From IMG/VR virus record IMGVR_UViG_3300028800_000093, positions 1,370-65,369 of that record: a DNA stretch of 64,000 bases. One strand, 5' to 3'. Made by a program: the position numbers and the translations under genes. Of the stretch, positions 28,565 to 37,393 are shown piece after piece. Below the pieces are notes generated by a model that was not told the origin of the DNA, searched no databases, and was given only the letters and a program-made list of their open reading frames with translations. The stretch is from a virus (Duplodnaviria; Caudoviricetes). Positions within the stretch are counted from its first letter, which is position 1. The number at the start of each line of letters is the position of its first letter.

Positions 28565-28809
28565 TATTGATCTCCTGAGTCTGCTTGAGCCGCCAAGTCA
28601 GCTTGCGCTTGATTGTAGGCGTTGGTCGCTGAAATAATTTCTGGAGCTGCCTGCGAATACAGAAACGAATCATCAATTTGTGACGGGTCGATCTTAAAAG
28701 ACTTCTCTACGCGCACCATGGGCATGCCATCTTCAAGATCCTCCAGAACGAGCGTGTAGTTCGTTGCTCCGAACTGCACGTGTTTATTAATGAATCGGTA
28801 CCTGTACAT
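28564..28809 (-). CDS. small fibre-associated protein
   Basis: coupled between two fibre genes. Confidence 0.6.
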   Translation of the reverse strand: MYRYRFINKHVQFGATNYTLVLEDLEDGMPMVRVEKSFKIDPSQIDDSFLYSQAAPEIISATNAYNQAQADLAAQADSGDQ

Positions 28810-28810
28810 C

Positions 28811-31800
28811 TTAGAATCCTTTACTCACTGCAACCACGTTCCATTTGCTCTGGGCAGCATTGTAGATGCAGCCGATGTAATCGGTTTTATTTGCACCACT
28901 AGATAATACCACAGAAATGATATCGAGGCCGAATGTGAACACTGGGTCAAATGACAAAGTGCGTCCACCTGTAGCATCCTGCGTTATGCGGTATGTGATC
29001 TTTTGACCGTCGACAGGATTGGTTGGAGCCGAAAGATTACGATTGCCCGCGAGAGTGACCGTGAAGGTGTTACCCTTCGAGGCGTCGGTTGCGATGTTTG
29101 CGCCGTCAACCAGAGCTACAACGGCAGTTTTTAAAGCCGTAGTCATCTGAGCTGTTGCGATTTGATCGTTCGTATCGGGCAACACATAGATGCGGTCTGC
29201 GGTGTTTGCAGAGCCATCAAAGGTTCTTACGAAACCATTCGTGCCCTTCCAAGCGAAACGACCGATTGAATCCGAGAAGAGTCTGAAGCCGCTCGTGGGA
29301 GTGCCAGGAGCTGCTGACTGTGAATTATGGCCAGTATATCCAGAACCTGCAGAGCCAGTCACTACCATGCCGCCGTTGATCTGCATCAACTCAACGCCAT
29401 TGTCTGTGGTTGTACCTACGAGGATGCGACCAGTGGAATTGATGCGCATGCGTTCAGAAGATGTGGTTGTAGTGGTTGGCGTGGTGCTGAATGAAATGTA
29501 CGTCGCCATTGAGGTTGTCGAGAATGTCTCGTCGGCGACGATATTTATAATACCAGTCGAAGATGCGGCGAAGGCAGACGTGCCATACCCGCGACCGCTG
29601 AAGAAGGTCAAAGTAGTTCCAGCAACGGTAGCTGAAGGACTTCCGATGGTTCCAGCGGCTTGTCTTCCACGGAATCCGACATTGGAGCCGTAACCAGTAA
29701 CTTGAACGCCCTTTGTTACGCCAGAGCTGTTTACGATGTCGAGTACTGCGTTGGTAGCAGGAGCTGTTCCGATACCAACCGCGTGATTAGTTCCATCAAC
29801 AACGAAATCTGTTGAATTGACGGATAGGGCGGCGAGTGCGGTATTGGTGACTGCTAAAGTGCCGGTGAATGTTTTGTTTCCCGCGAAACTTTGCGTCGAA
29901 ATGTTGACCATGCCAGGAGCTGAAACACTTGCGCTTTGGGCGTAGATGTTATTGGCTGCGTCAATGCTTAAACCGTTTGCAGCTGCGCCATTACCGTCGA
30001 TTGCGCCGACTGTTGTAACATATAATAGCATGGCTGCGACGTTGGCGACAGATAGGTCGCTGGGGTTCGCTGTCGCACCAGTGTTATTGCCCTTTAGAGT
30101 GTGGGCAGCCATCTGAGCCAGTTTAGAATTGCTGACTACATTCGCTTGAATGAGAGTTGCACTTTGAGTTCCCGCAACATCACCAGCAAGCGAGCCTGTG
30201 AAAGTAGAAGATGAGCCGGATACGTTTCCGGTTACGTTACCAGTCAGATTAGACGTGATCATGGTCGCTGCGAAATTGCCCGATGCGTCGCGAGTTACGA
30301 TTGCATTTGCAGTGTCGGCTGAATCGGCAGTCGTGTTTGCGTTCGGTAAAATGCCGGTGACAGTGCTTGCGCTCAGTGCAAAGCGTGTTGTAACCCAAGT
30401 GGTCGGAGTCGTATCAATAGTGATAGGCGCTGCGGTGGTTTGTCTCCAGACAGAGCCAGCGTAGGTTGTTCCGAGGCGCACCAGCGTCGTGATGAACTGG
30501 AATGACTGAGTGGTTCCACCAGTGGGGTACCAAGACGGGCGAGTCCAAGCGCCGACGTGGGCTTGCCAAGGACCGTTCTGAGCAGGGGTCGTTTGCGCAG
30601 TACATAAGACGAGCGTATTATCGGCAGTTGTAACACCGTCGATGGTTTGGAATCCGCTTAGGCCGATGTTCGCGGTCGCGACAACTGCTACAGCTGGCTT
30701 GTTGGCCAGAGAAGCTTTGGTATCTGTAACTGCACCGACCGAGATTGTCGTAACGCCAGTGTCAGTTAACGTAATATCACCAGATACTGTCTGCGGTGCA
30801 AAGACGGTTCCGTTTGAAATCAGGATCTGAGCATCTGTTCCAACGGTGGGCGAGATCGTGTCGAGCTTCGTTTTGTCTGCTGCAGACATAAAACCGTTGG
30901 CGGTCTCAGTTGCGACAGCGTGTAAGGTTGGGCTTGTCTGATTGCCGTGAGCATGGACGTGATCAGCGCGAGCGCCTGAAGGAGATGAACCGACGCCGTT
31001 TGACGTACCAATTTGAACAGGTACATCGACCGGAACTTCAACGAACAATCCATTTGCGTGAATACTGACAGAAGCCAAGATGCTAGAAACGTCGGCTGCG
31101 TCGGAGGAAAGTTGAAGGTTCGCACTAAGTTGTTGGCCAGTGAGCGTAAGGTGAATCGAATTGGTGTTGAGGATAGTGATGTCACCAGTATTCGAGCCGG
31201 ATACGTTAGAGGCGGTGACAGTTCCAGAGAACAAACCATTTCCGATCACGTCTAATGCTTGAGCGGGCGTCGGTTGATTGATGCCTACGCGATTGTCGTT
31301 CGTATCTACGACCAGTGTGTTTGCACCAACTAAGAGTGCATCTGCACTCAAGACGTTGATGGTCAATGCGCCAGTCATCGTATCGCCGGATTTCAATACA
31401 TTCAAGGAGGCTGCGCCGGTTACGTTACCGACCAAATTGGCTGTGATGGTGGACGCTACAAAGTTGCCAGAGCTGTCTCGGCGAACGATTTGGCTTGCGG
31501 TGTTTGAGGCCGTGGCCGCATTTGCGAGGACTTCTGCAGAGTGGATATTTGCTGCAGACGAACCTCCAACTGAAAGAACAGTCACCGCACCGGAGTGGTT
31601 CATACTTGCATCGGAAGATAACGACACAAGCTGATACTTCGATGCGGTGCTGTTCCAAACTAAAATTTGCGTATCTGACGGAACGGAATTTGTTACAGCG
31701 AATCCTTGGATTCCAGTAACAGTTGCAGCTGCAGCTCCTGGGCCTGTAGCTGTCACGTCGCCTGTAAGAGACGTGATCGACGATCCGACTGTCGCGCCGA

Positions 31801-32599
31801 TCTGCCCTTGCAACTTCTCGAAAGCTTGCAATATAGAATCTGTAGCCGACAATGCAATATTACTACCAACTACATAGCCAGTCAAGAGCTTGCCGGTTAC
31901 GACTGTGGAAGCGATTGCGGTTGCACCTTGTGTTCCGGTCACATCTCCAGCCAAAGAGCCAGTGAAGGATGCTGCGGAGCCGGATGCGTTGCCTGTGACA
32001 TTACCAATTAAATTAGCAGTTATAACTGCGGCTGCGAAATTGCCAGATGCGTCACGGCGAACAATCTGATTGCCAGTGTTTGCGCTAGTTGCAGCATTAG
32101 CAAGAATTTCAGCTGCGTGGATATTTGCTGCAGATGAACCGCCGACCGAGATTACAACCGTCGTGCTTTGAGTTCCGTTTACGTCACCGCCGAGCGAGCC
32201 ACTCCAGTTTACTGACGTTAGCGAAGATGTTGCGGTCGCGGCATTACCGTTTAAATTGGCCGTGATCGTAGAAGCTACGAAGTTACCAGATGAGTCCCTG
32301 CGAACGATTTCGCTGAATGTGTTGGCTGGAGTTGCAGCATTTGCGAGAAGAGTTGCCGTCGCGATGTTAGCTGCGGACTGACCGCCAACCGATATTACGA
32401 CCGTAGCAGCTGCACCAGGACCAGTGCCTGTTACATCGCCCGTCAAGCTAGTGATACCGTCGGCAGAACCGATTGCAGTTTCTACGCCGAGTGCCGACAA
32501 GACATAAACAACGCCGTCTGTCTTGGCATACATACTGATCAGGCCTGAGTCTGGCGGGGTCGGTGTGGCTGATAATTCGTTAAATGTAATTTTTGCCAT
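28811..32599 (-). CDS. long tail fibre protein with internal repeats
   Basis: four IV(R/T)RD(S/A)SGNF repeats, repeated LxGDVxGT, ERMRINSTG fibre motif. Confidence 0.85.
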   Translation of the reverse strand: MAKITFNELSATPTPPDSGLISMYAKTDGVVYVLSALGVETAIGSADGITSLTGDVTGTGPGAAATVVISVGGQSAANIATATLLANAATPANTFSEIVRRDSSGNFVASTITANLNGNAATATSSLTSVNWSGSLGGDVNGTQSTTVVISVGGSSAANIHAAEILANAATSANTGNQIVRRDASGNFAAAVITANLIGNVTGNASGSAASFTGSLAGDVTGTQGATAIASTVVTGKLLTGYVVGSNIALSATDSILQAFEKLQGQIGATVGSSITSLTGDVTATGPGAAAATVTGIQGFAVTNSVPSDTQILVWNSTASKYQLVSLSSDASMNHSGAVTVLSVGGSSAANIHSAEVLANAATASNTASQIVRRDSSGNFVASTITANLVGNVTGAASLNVLKSGDTMTGALTINVLSADALLVGANTLVVDTNDNRVGINQPTPAQALDVIGNGLFSGTVTASNVSGSNTGDITILNTNSIHLTLTGQQLSANLQLSSDAADVSSILASVSIHANGLFVEVPVDVPVQIGTSNGVGSSPSGARADHVHAHGNQTSPTLHAVATETANGFMSAADKTKLDTISPTVGTDAQILISNGTVFAPQTVSGDITLTDTGVTTISVGAVTDTKASLANKPAVAVVATANIGLSGFQTIDGVTTADNTLVLCTAQTTPAQNGPWQAHVGAWTRPSWYPTGGTTQSFQFITTLVRLGTTYAGSVWRQTTAAPITIDTTPTTWVTTRFALSASTVTGILPNANTTADSADTANAIVTRDASGNFAATMITSNLTGNVTGNVSGSSSTFTGSLAGDVAGTQSATLIQANVVSNSKLAQMAAHTLKGNNTGATANPSDLSVANVAAMLLYVTTVGAIDGNGAAANGLSIDAANNIYAQSASVSAPGMVNISTQSFAGNKTFTGTLAVTNTALAALSVNSTDFVVDGTNHAVGIGTAPATNAVLDIVNSSGVTKGVQVTGYGSNVGFRGRQAAGTIGSPSATVAGTTLTFFSGRGYGTSAFAASSTGIINIVADETFSTTSMATYISFSTTPTTTTTSSERMRINSTGRILVGTTTDNGVELMQINGGMVVTGSAGSGYTGHNSQSAAPGTPTSGFRLFSDSIGRFAWKGTNGFVRTFDGSANTADRIYVLPDTNDQIATAQMTTALKTAVVALVDGANIATDASKGNTFTVTLAGNRNLSAPTNPVDGQKITYRITQDATGGRTLSFDPVFTFGLDIISVVLSSGANKTDYIGCIYNAAQSKWNVVAVSKGF

Positions 32600-32607
32600 G
32601 GTATCTC

Positions 32608-33267
32608 CTAGATCAGTTTAAGTTCGGCGTCGCCGAGTAAAATTATGTCGCCCGAAATCAATTCAACATCAGTGCTGATTACCGAGTACTTGTCTGGAAC
32701 CGTCACATCTGCAAGAATTTGCCGGTTGAAGGCAAATGCCTGAGCTTGGATTGCTCCGCTATCTTGAAGGATCGCTTTCGAGTCTTCGATCAAGTTGCCA
32801 GACGTTCCATTCCAGCGGGTGATAGCTTTGTCGGTCGATGAGCCTGGTCCGACAACATCACCTGAACCACCACCGCCTGTGCTATTCGGGCCTTCGAGGA
32901 AGAGTACGCCAGCCGTTGCATCTTGAGCAATGACGGTTGCAATCTTTGGTCCGAGAGGAGTGGTGGATAAATTGCCGGACGCATCGCAGAACAGAAAGGT
33001 ACCGACTCCCCAAGCTGCAGTGTTCACGTTGTACATGAAGCCAAGGCACCAAATGTATGAGCCCATGCCTGTCGGGATTGCTGCTTGGGTTACACCGCGA
33101 ACGACGTCTACTCCGCCGATTGCAACCGCAACCTCGGGGTATAGAGTACCCATGCCAACGAACTTGACGCACTTTAAAGGACCAGGAATGGTCGCGCCAG
33201 TGTCGTTCTGAACAATCTGTTGTGATGGGCCGTGAAGATCCGTGCCCGCTAAATCCTTATGGAACAT
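32608..33267 (-). CDS. virion structural/fibre-associated protein
   Basis: GDVVGPGSSTDKAITRWNGTSG fibre motif. Confidence 0.7.
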   Translation of the reverse strand: MFHKDLAGTDLHGPSQQIVQNDTGATIPGPLKCVKFVGMGTLYPEVAVAIGGVDVVRGVTQAAIPTGMGSYIWCLGFMYNVNTAAWGVGTFLFCDASGNLSTTPLGPKIATVIAQDATAGVLFLEGPNSTGGGGSGDVVGPGSSTDKAITRWNGTSGNLIEDSKAILQDSGAIQAQAFAFNRQILADVTVPDKYSVISTDVELISGDIILLGDAELKLI

Positions 33268-33504
33268 TTACCCCACCGTCACTACGTTGCCGTCATTGTC
33301 AATTACGACCGTCGGCCCGTCTGGTATTTGAGAGTTACTTGCTACGTCGAAAGTCATGCGCGGTTGACCAGCCTGATTAAGGGTCGCGGTCACAATTCGA
33401 TCTGCATTGAAGTTGCGCACCATATCCAATTTCTTGGTTATGGGGTTCAACACCAATTCATCGTCGTCTGTTGGAACTGGATTTGGAGCCGTCGTGCCTG
33501 CCAT
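33268..33504 (-). CDS. small structural protein
   Basis: coupled gene in the late operon. Confidence 0.6.
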   Translation of the reverse strand: MAGTTAPNPVPTDDDELVLNPITKKLDMVRNFNADRIVTATLNQAGQPRMTFDVASNSQIPDGPTVVIDNDGNVVTVG

Positions 33505-34160
33505 TAAATCACCGTGGTCTGATAGTCTATGGGTTTATTGGCCGTGTTGTATGTCACATCGACCGTGTATTTCAAAACTGTTGCCAGATAGAACTGGTAC
33601 TGGCTTGCCTTGCCGTTTGCGCCGTAGACGATTTTAACGTCATCAGTATAGGGCAGCGGATCGGCGGGCGTGCCAGTATCAACGATGATGCGGACTTTGC
33701 CGTTGGCATCAAGGCTTGTGTCGATTGGAGCGCCATACTTATTGACTAGCAAATTGCGCAGGGCGGTCGCGGGCTCTTCTTGGTAAACGGCGCGAAGGAC
33801 CAGCTCAGACCCGAACTTGTTGCGGTTAACTTCGCCCATTTGGAGCGTTCCGCCGTTAAACGCAACTGGATTGGCATATGGTCCGGTGATTCCCGTCCCG
33901 ATTGAACCAACTTGAATTTGGGTGTCGTTTAGAACGCGCTTGATCTCAAAATCTTGAGCGTTGCCAGAAAGATCGGTGAGTACGATGGGTGCTTTAGGGT
34001 GTAGGCCAAACGTGTCGGACACCGTGATAACGGAGTTCGCGACTGCAATAGGTGAAAGGAAAACGGACAGCCACTGCTGCTCCCGTAGATCCGGTGCGTT
34101 TGCCACTTTTATACCTCGGCCTGGTGAGCCGTTGCTACCCGTGTAGCTGACTCGAACCAT
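33504..34160 (-). CDS. virion structural protein
   Basis: first gene after the late motif at 34175-34183. Confidence 0.7.
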   Translation of the reverse strand: MVRVSYTGSNGSPGRGIKVANAPDLREQQWLSVFLSPIAVANSVITVSDTFGLHPKAPIVLTDLSGNAQDFEIKRVLNDTQIQVGSIGTGITGPYANPVAFNGGTLQMGEVNRNKFGSELVLRAVYQEEPATALRNLLVNKYGAPIDTSLDANGKVRIIVDTGTPADPLPYTDDVKIVYGANGKASQYQFYLATVLKYTVDVTYNTANKPIDYQTTVI

Positions 34161-34191
34161 TCCGAGTCACTCAGAAGATTAGGTTCTGAAG

Positions 34192-34224
34192 GTAGTTGAC
34201 TTGGCCGGTCAAGAATGGCATACT
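34192..34224 (+). promoter_or_regulatory. sigma70 promoter with IscR/Rrf2-type operator
   Basis: TTGACT-17-CATACT; palindrome TTGACT-N5-GGTCAA over the -35 box. Confidence 0.65.
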
Positions 34225-34240
34225 GTGTCAGAGGTGGCCC

Positions 34241-34507
34241 ATGTTTGGAAACAAAGAATTGGATGGATTTGAGTACCAAGGGTTCGTGTACAGTTACGAC
34301 TTGGAAGTCTCTTCCGACAACTGCAAAACTGACCATTTCGTCACCAAAGACGGCAAGCGCACCGAAATGGATTGGTCGCCGTACTCTAACCCGAGCGCGG
34401 AGGATTTCAAGCTCTGGATTGATCTTGGTATGCCGCGACGCGTCGGAATCGGGCCTTTGAATGAGCGAGATTTGGCCAATCTCAAATTGAAACAAGGACT
34501 TAAATAA
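34241..34507 (+). CDS. hypothetical protein
   Basis: GAGG RBS before the ATG at 34241. Confidence 0.7.
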   Translation: MFGNKELDGFEYQGFVYSYDLEVSSDNCKTDHFVTKDGKRTEMDWSPYSNPSAEDFKLWIDLGMPRRVGIGPLNERDLANLKLKQGLK

Positions 34508-34508
34508 A

Positions 34509-34539
34509 AGTTGACTTTTTAAGTCAACTGCGAGATATT
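34509..34539 (+). promoter_or_regulatory. sigma70 promoter with perfect palindromic operator
   Basis: AGTTGACTT-TTT-AAGTCAACT; TTGACT-17-GATATT. Confidence 0.65.
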
Positions 34540-34545
34540 GAGCTA

Positions 34546-34637
34546 GCAAGGTGTCCTGGGTGTAACCAGGCGATGGATAGGTCCCCCGACCCATAAGTCC
34601 GGCATCAAAGCCGGTTCCGGTTAGAACGGGCCTTGCA
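34546..34637 (+). ncRNA. tRNA-like cloverleaf / structured leader RNA
   Basis: 7-bp closing stem GCAAGGT/GCCTTGC enclosing four hairpins; begins at the predicted TSS. Confidence 0.5.
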
Positions 34638-34654
34638 TTTAACAAAGAGGGTGT

Positions 34655-35059
34655 ATGGATCAGCAAGAATTGTTCGACAATCCAGTGATTCCACCGCCGC
34701 CCGAAGACCACGACGAAGTGGTCAAGCGCGTGACGGTTATTGATGCCCTACCAGGCGGCATCGGCCAGACGGCCCAGCCCTTAGCCGAGCCCATTGAAAT
34801 TCTGCATTTCGTTTCGGTGAAGGTCAAGGATAGCCTCGACAAGCCGTCCATCGTGCCCATCAAGCTTATCACCGCCGAACAGGGTATGGAGCTGGTCAAG
34901 GCCGATCAATTCTCGCGGGCGATGGTCCCACAGAAGTCACAGTGCAAGAGCTGTGACGCGGAACTTCCTGCAGATCGTAGCCTTCACTGCCACACGTGCC
35001 GCCCAAGCCTTGGCGAAGATCCTGGTGGTTTCCTTTACTGTGGAGTATCCGGTGAATAA
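34655..35059 (+). CDS. hypothetical protein with C-terminal zinc finger
   Basis: CKSC...CHTC. Confidence 0.7.
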   Translation: MDQQELFDNPVIPPPPEDHDEVVKRVTVIDALPGGIGQTAQPLAEPIEILHFVSVKVKDSLDKPSIVPIKLITAEQGMELVKADQFSRAMVPQKSQCKSCDAELPADRSLHCHTCRPSLGEDPGGFLYCGVSGE

Positions 35060-35288
35060 AAAAGACGTGCTCGTCATTGGCCCGCACGAACTTGGCGCGA
35101 TCAAACTCGCTGCACTTCGCGTATTCCATGAAACGCACACCTTGCCGGAAGATGGTAAGGAAGCTCAGATTTACATGATTTTGGAAGGCTTTCACACGTT
35201 TTTGAAGTCGAAGGGGATTGACCCAGGCTTCCGCGTTAAACCAGTAAGGGAGGACCATGGAGACACAACACCACTCGACGATCTCTAA
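35052..35288 (+). CDS. hypothetical protein
   Basis: GTG start with GGAG RBS, trimmed from the longer ORF. Confidence 0.6.
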   Translation: MNKKDVLVIGPHELGAIKLAALRVFHETHTLPEDGKEAQIYMILEGFHTFLKSKGIDPGFRVKPVREDHGDTTPLDDL

Positions 35289-35469
35289 GCCGAGAAAGTT
35301 GAATAAAGAGCAGAAGGCTTTGCGGTTGGAATTGGCCAAAGTTGCTATGGCGGCGATTATTGCCAAGCATCCTCCCGTTACGAACGATGGCATTGGCGAA
35401 ATCTATGATCAGGTTGCGGTCGGTGCGTTTTCCTATGCCGATGCGATGATGAAGGAAATGGCCAAATGA
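35257..35469 (+). CDS. hypothetical protein
   Basis: GGAGG RBS; AKVAMAAII...AFSYADAMM, a pattern common in small phage proteins. Confidence 0.7.
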   Translation: METQHHSTISKPRKLNKEQKALRLELAKVAMAAIIAKHPPVTNDGIGEIYDQVAVGAFSYADAMMKEMAK

Positions 35470-36017
35470 AGGTTTTGTTCATAGGCGCAAACCCATCACC
35501 GAAAAATACCGACGCGACGGTTCCTTTTGAAGGAACTCAGTCCGGCGAGATTTTAAAGACGTGGATTCATATCCTCGGGATCAAACCTGAAGATTGTGGA
35601 TTTTTGAACATCAGCGACACGGTGACAAAGGAAGTTTCGCAGATCAAAAAGAAGGATATCGACATTCAGACATTTTTCTTCAACGTATGCATGAAGAGCG
35701 CCGAAATGTTTCACGGGCAGCCGCTCGCGACGCTGATCTTGAGCGCCAAGCTCCAAAGCGAAAACCGACTCAACGCGGCATTTGAAAAGCAGTCTGACGC
35801 GGATCTGAAAAAGCACCTCGCACTTATGGATGAAACGGATATGCCCAAAATCATTCCGCTGGGTAAGCTAGCGGCGTGGGGTATTGAGCAGACAGGCCTG
35901 GAGTTTCACGAACTTCCGCATCCTTCTGGCCGGAACCGTAAACTCAACGATAAGGACGCGCTGCAGAAAACGCTTGATGATTGTCGGGCGTGGTTGTATA
36001 GTGAACCTGTTAAGTAA
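35466..36017 (+). CDS. uracil-DNA glycosylase superfamily protein
   Basis: VLFIGANPS, PFEGTQSG, IPLGKLA, LPHPSGRNR. Confidence 0.85.
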   Translation: MKVLFIGANPSPKNTDATVPFEGTQSGEILKTWIHILGIKPEDCGFLNISDTVTKEVSQIKKKDIDIQTFFFNVCMKSAEMFHGQPLATLILSAKLQSENRLNAAFEKQSDADLKKHLALMDETDMPKIIPLGKLAAWGIEQTGLEFHELPHPSGRNRKLNDKDALQKTLDDCRAWLYSEPVK

Positions 36018-36037
36018 ACTTACCTCGGAGGTAAACA

Positions 36038-36520
36038 ATGGTTAAAGCACTCAAATTGTCGGCGAAGGATTTAAGATATCCTCTTCAGCAACTATTGGAG
36101 AATCTCGCCGTCATCCACAATAACCGCGCATACACGGGTTACGTCTTCTTCGCTGAATCTGATCTGAAAGAGTTGCGACGCAACTACCGCCGATTGGTTC
36201 GCAAGGAATTCCCAAAGGCTAAGAAGTATGCCATCGACGCGAAAGTGAATGAGTATTTCTATTCACTCTCCACGAACATGAGCCTTGAAAAAGTGGTCAA
36301 GCCTGGATTTGTCTTAGTGGATTATGATGGGATCGGCAACAGCATTCGTAAGCTGGAAGAAAATGAGCGTGAAGAGCAGGCCCGCAAATACGCTGCCGAG
36401 CGTCTGATGTTGGAAGATGCAGCGGCTAGGGCCGAGCACGCCAAATACAATCATGCGTTGTTACCCAGGTGCGTGGTCAAGTTTTTCGTCGATAATTTTG
36501 GAGAGCCCACACGGAGCTAA
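36038..36520 (+). CDS. hypothetical protein
   Basis: GGAGG RBS, 160 aa. Confidence 0.7.
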   Translation: MVKALKLSAKDLRYPLQQLLENLAVIHNNRAYTGYVFFAESDLKELRRNYRRLVRKEFPKAKKYAIDAKVNEYFYSLSTNMSLEKVVKPGFVLVDYDGIGNSIRKLEENEREEQARKYAAERLMLEDAAARAEHAKYNHALLPRCVVKFFVDNFGEPTRS

Positions 36521-36521
36521 G

Positions 36522-36866
36522 ATGAAGATGCCTGAGAAGGTTCGGCTATCGGTCGACCTTATCAAATTCCTGAAAAATCTCCCTGACGACAAGCCGCGCC
36601 GAGTGAAAGACTTGGCTGCGGTGCTCGGCACTACGGAGAATTTTCTTCACCAGATCGTTTGCCATCTGAATAAAGAAGGCATGATCTATGTGACCAAGGG
36701 TCCATACGGCGGAGTTCGCGCTGCGGAGCCACATAAGGACGTCAACTTGCTTGATATCTATCGTTTGTTTGGGTATATGCTTGGCATCAAAGCTGGCACC
36801 AACTTGACTTACAGTGATCGGATTGAAAACAAGATTCGCGACTTTATTTCTACGTTTGTTATTTGA
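36522..36866 (+). CDS. Rrf2-family (IscR/NsrR-like) winged-helix regulator
   Basis: DLAAVLGTTENFLHQIVCHLNKEG HTH, KGPYGG wing, VNLLDIY. Confidence 0.85.
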   Translation: MKMPEKVRLSVDLIKFLKNLPDDKPRRVKDLAAVLGTTENFLHQIVCHLNKEGMIYVTKGPYGGVRAAEPHKDVNLLDIYRLFGYMLGIKAGTNLTYSDRIENKIRDFISTFVI

Positions 36867-36879
36867 CTTGATTAGTCAA
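36863..36879. promoter_or_regulatory. palindromic operator TTGACT-N5-AGTCAA
   Basis: third copy; overlaps the Rrf2 stop codon upstream of the envelope genes. Confidence 0.5.
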
Positions 36880-36924
36880 CTGTTTTGCGTTACACTGAAT
36901 TTGCTTTAAACCAATGGAGGATTT

Positions 36925-37380
36925 ATGAAGAAGTTTTTAATTTTAGCCCTGTTCTCGTTAGCGGTACATGCAGAAGAGAAGTCCGTCACTCAGAGCGGAA
37001 ACACCATCAACATCAACGTGAACAAAGGTGGATGCTGCGAGCCGAAGTGCAAGCAACAGAAACCTAAAGTGATCACAAAGACCGTAGTCAAGGAAGTAAT
37101 CGTTGAGAAGCCGGTCGAAGTGATCGTTGAAAAACCTGTCGACCACACTATCTATGTGACCAAAACGGTCACTAAGAAAGTTCAAAAGAAAAACCGCATT
37201 TCTCTGTTGGGCGGATTAGGTCCGACCCGAATCGACCAACCTCAGAACAACCGCGTGGATTTAATCCGTGGTCCTGTGGGCGGCGCGATGTATCAACGCA
37301 TGTTGAACGAATCCTTGAGTGTAGGTATTCAAGGGCAAACCAACCAGACAGTGCTCGGCACCGTCGGCTTTGATTTCTAG
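36925..37380 (+). CDS. secreted protein with OMP-like beta C-terminus
   Basis: signal peptide ending VHA, VEKPV repeats, amphipathic strands ending VGFDF. Confidence 0.7.
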   Translation: MKKFLILALFSLAVHAEEKSVTQSGNTININVNKGGCCEPKCKQQKPKVITKTVVKEVIVEKPVEVIVEKPVDHTIYVTKTVTKKVQKKNRISLLGGLGPTRIDQPQNNRVDLIRGPVGGAMYQRMLNESLSVGIQGQTNQTVLGTVGFDF

Positions 37381-37393
37381 AAAGGAATCACAA

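Noticed and set aside
30180-32460. DGR template/variable repeat pair in the fibre gene
   Set aside because: Repeats are in-frame protein repeats without an evident adenine-specific bias, and no reverse transcriptase is present in the window.
34546-34637. canonical tRNA (Ser/Leu/Sec) call
   Set aside because: No 7-nt anticodon loop, short T stem and no CCA; kept only as a tRNA-like RNA.
34109-34711. 200-aa minus-strand ORF
   Set aside because: It overlaps plus-strand promoters, an RBS-supported gene and the structured RNA, and has no recognisable motif.
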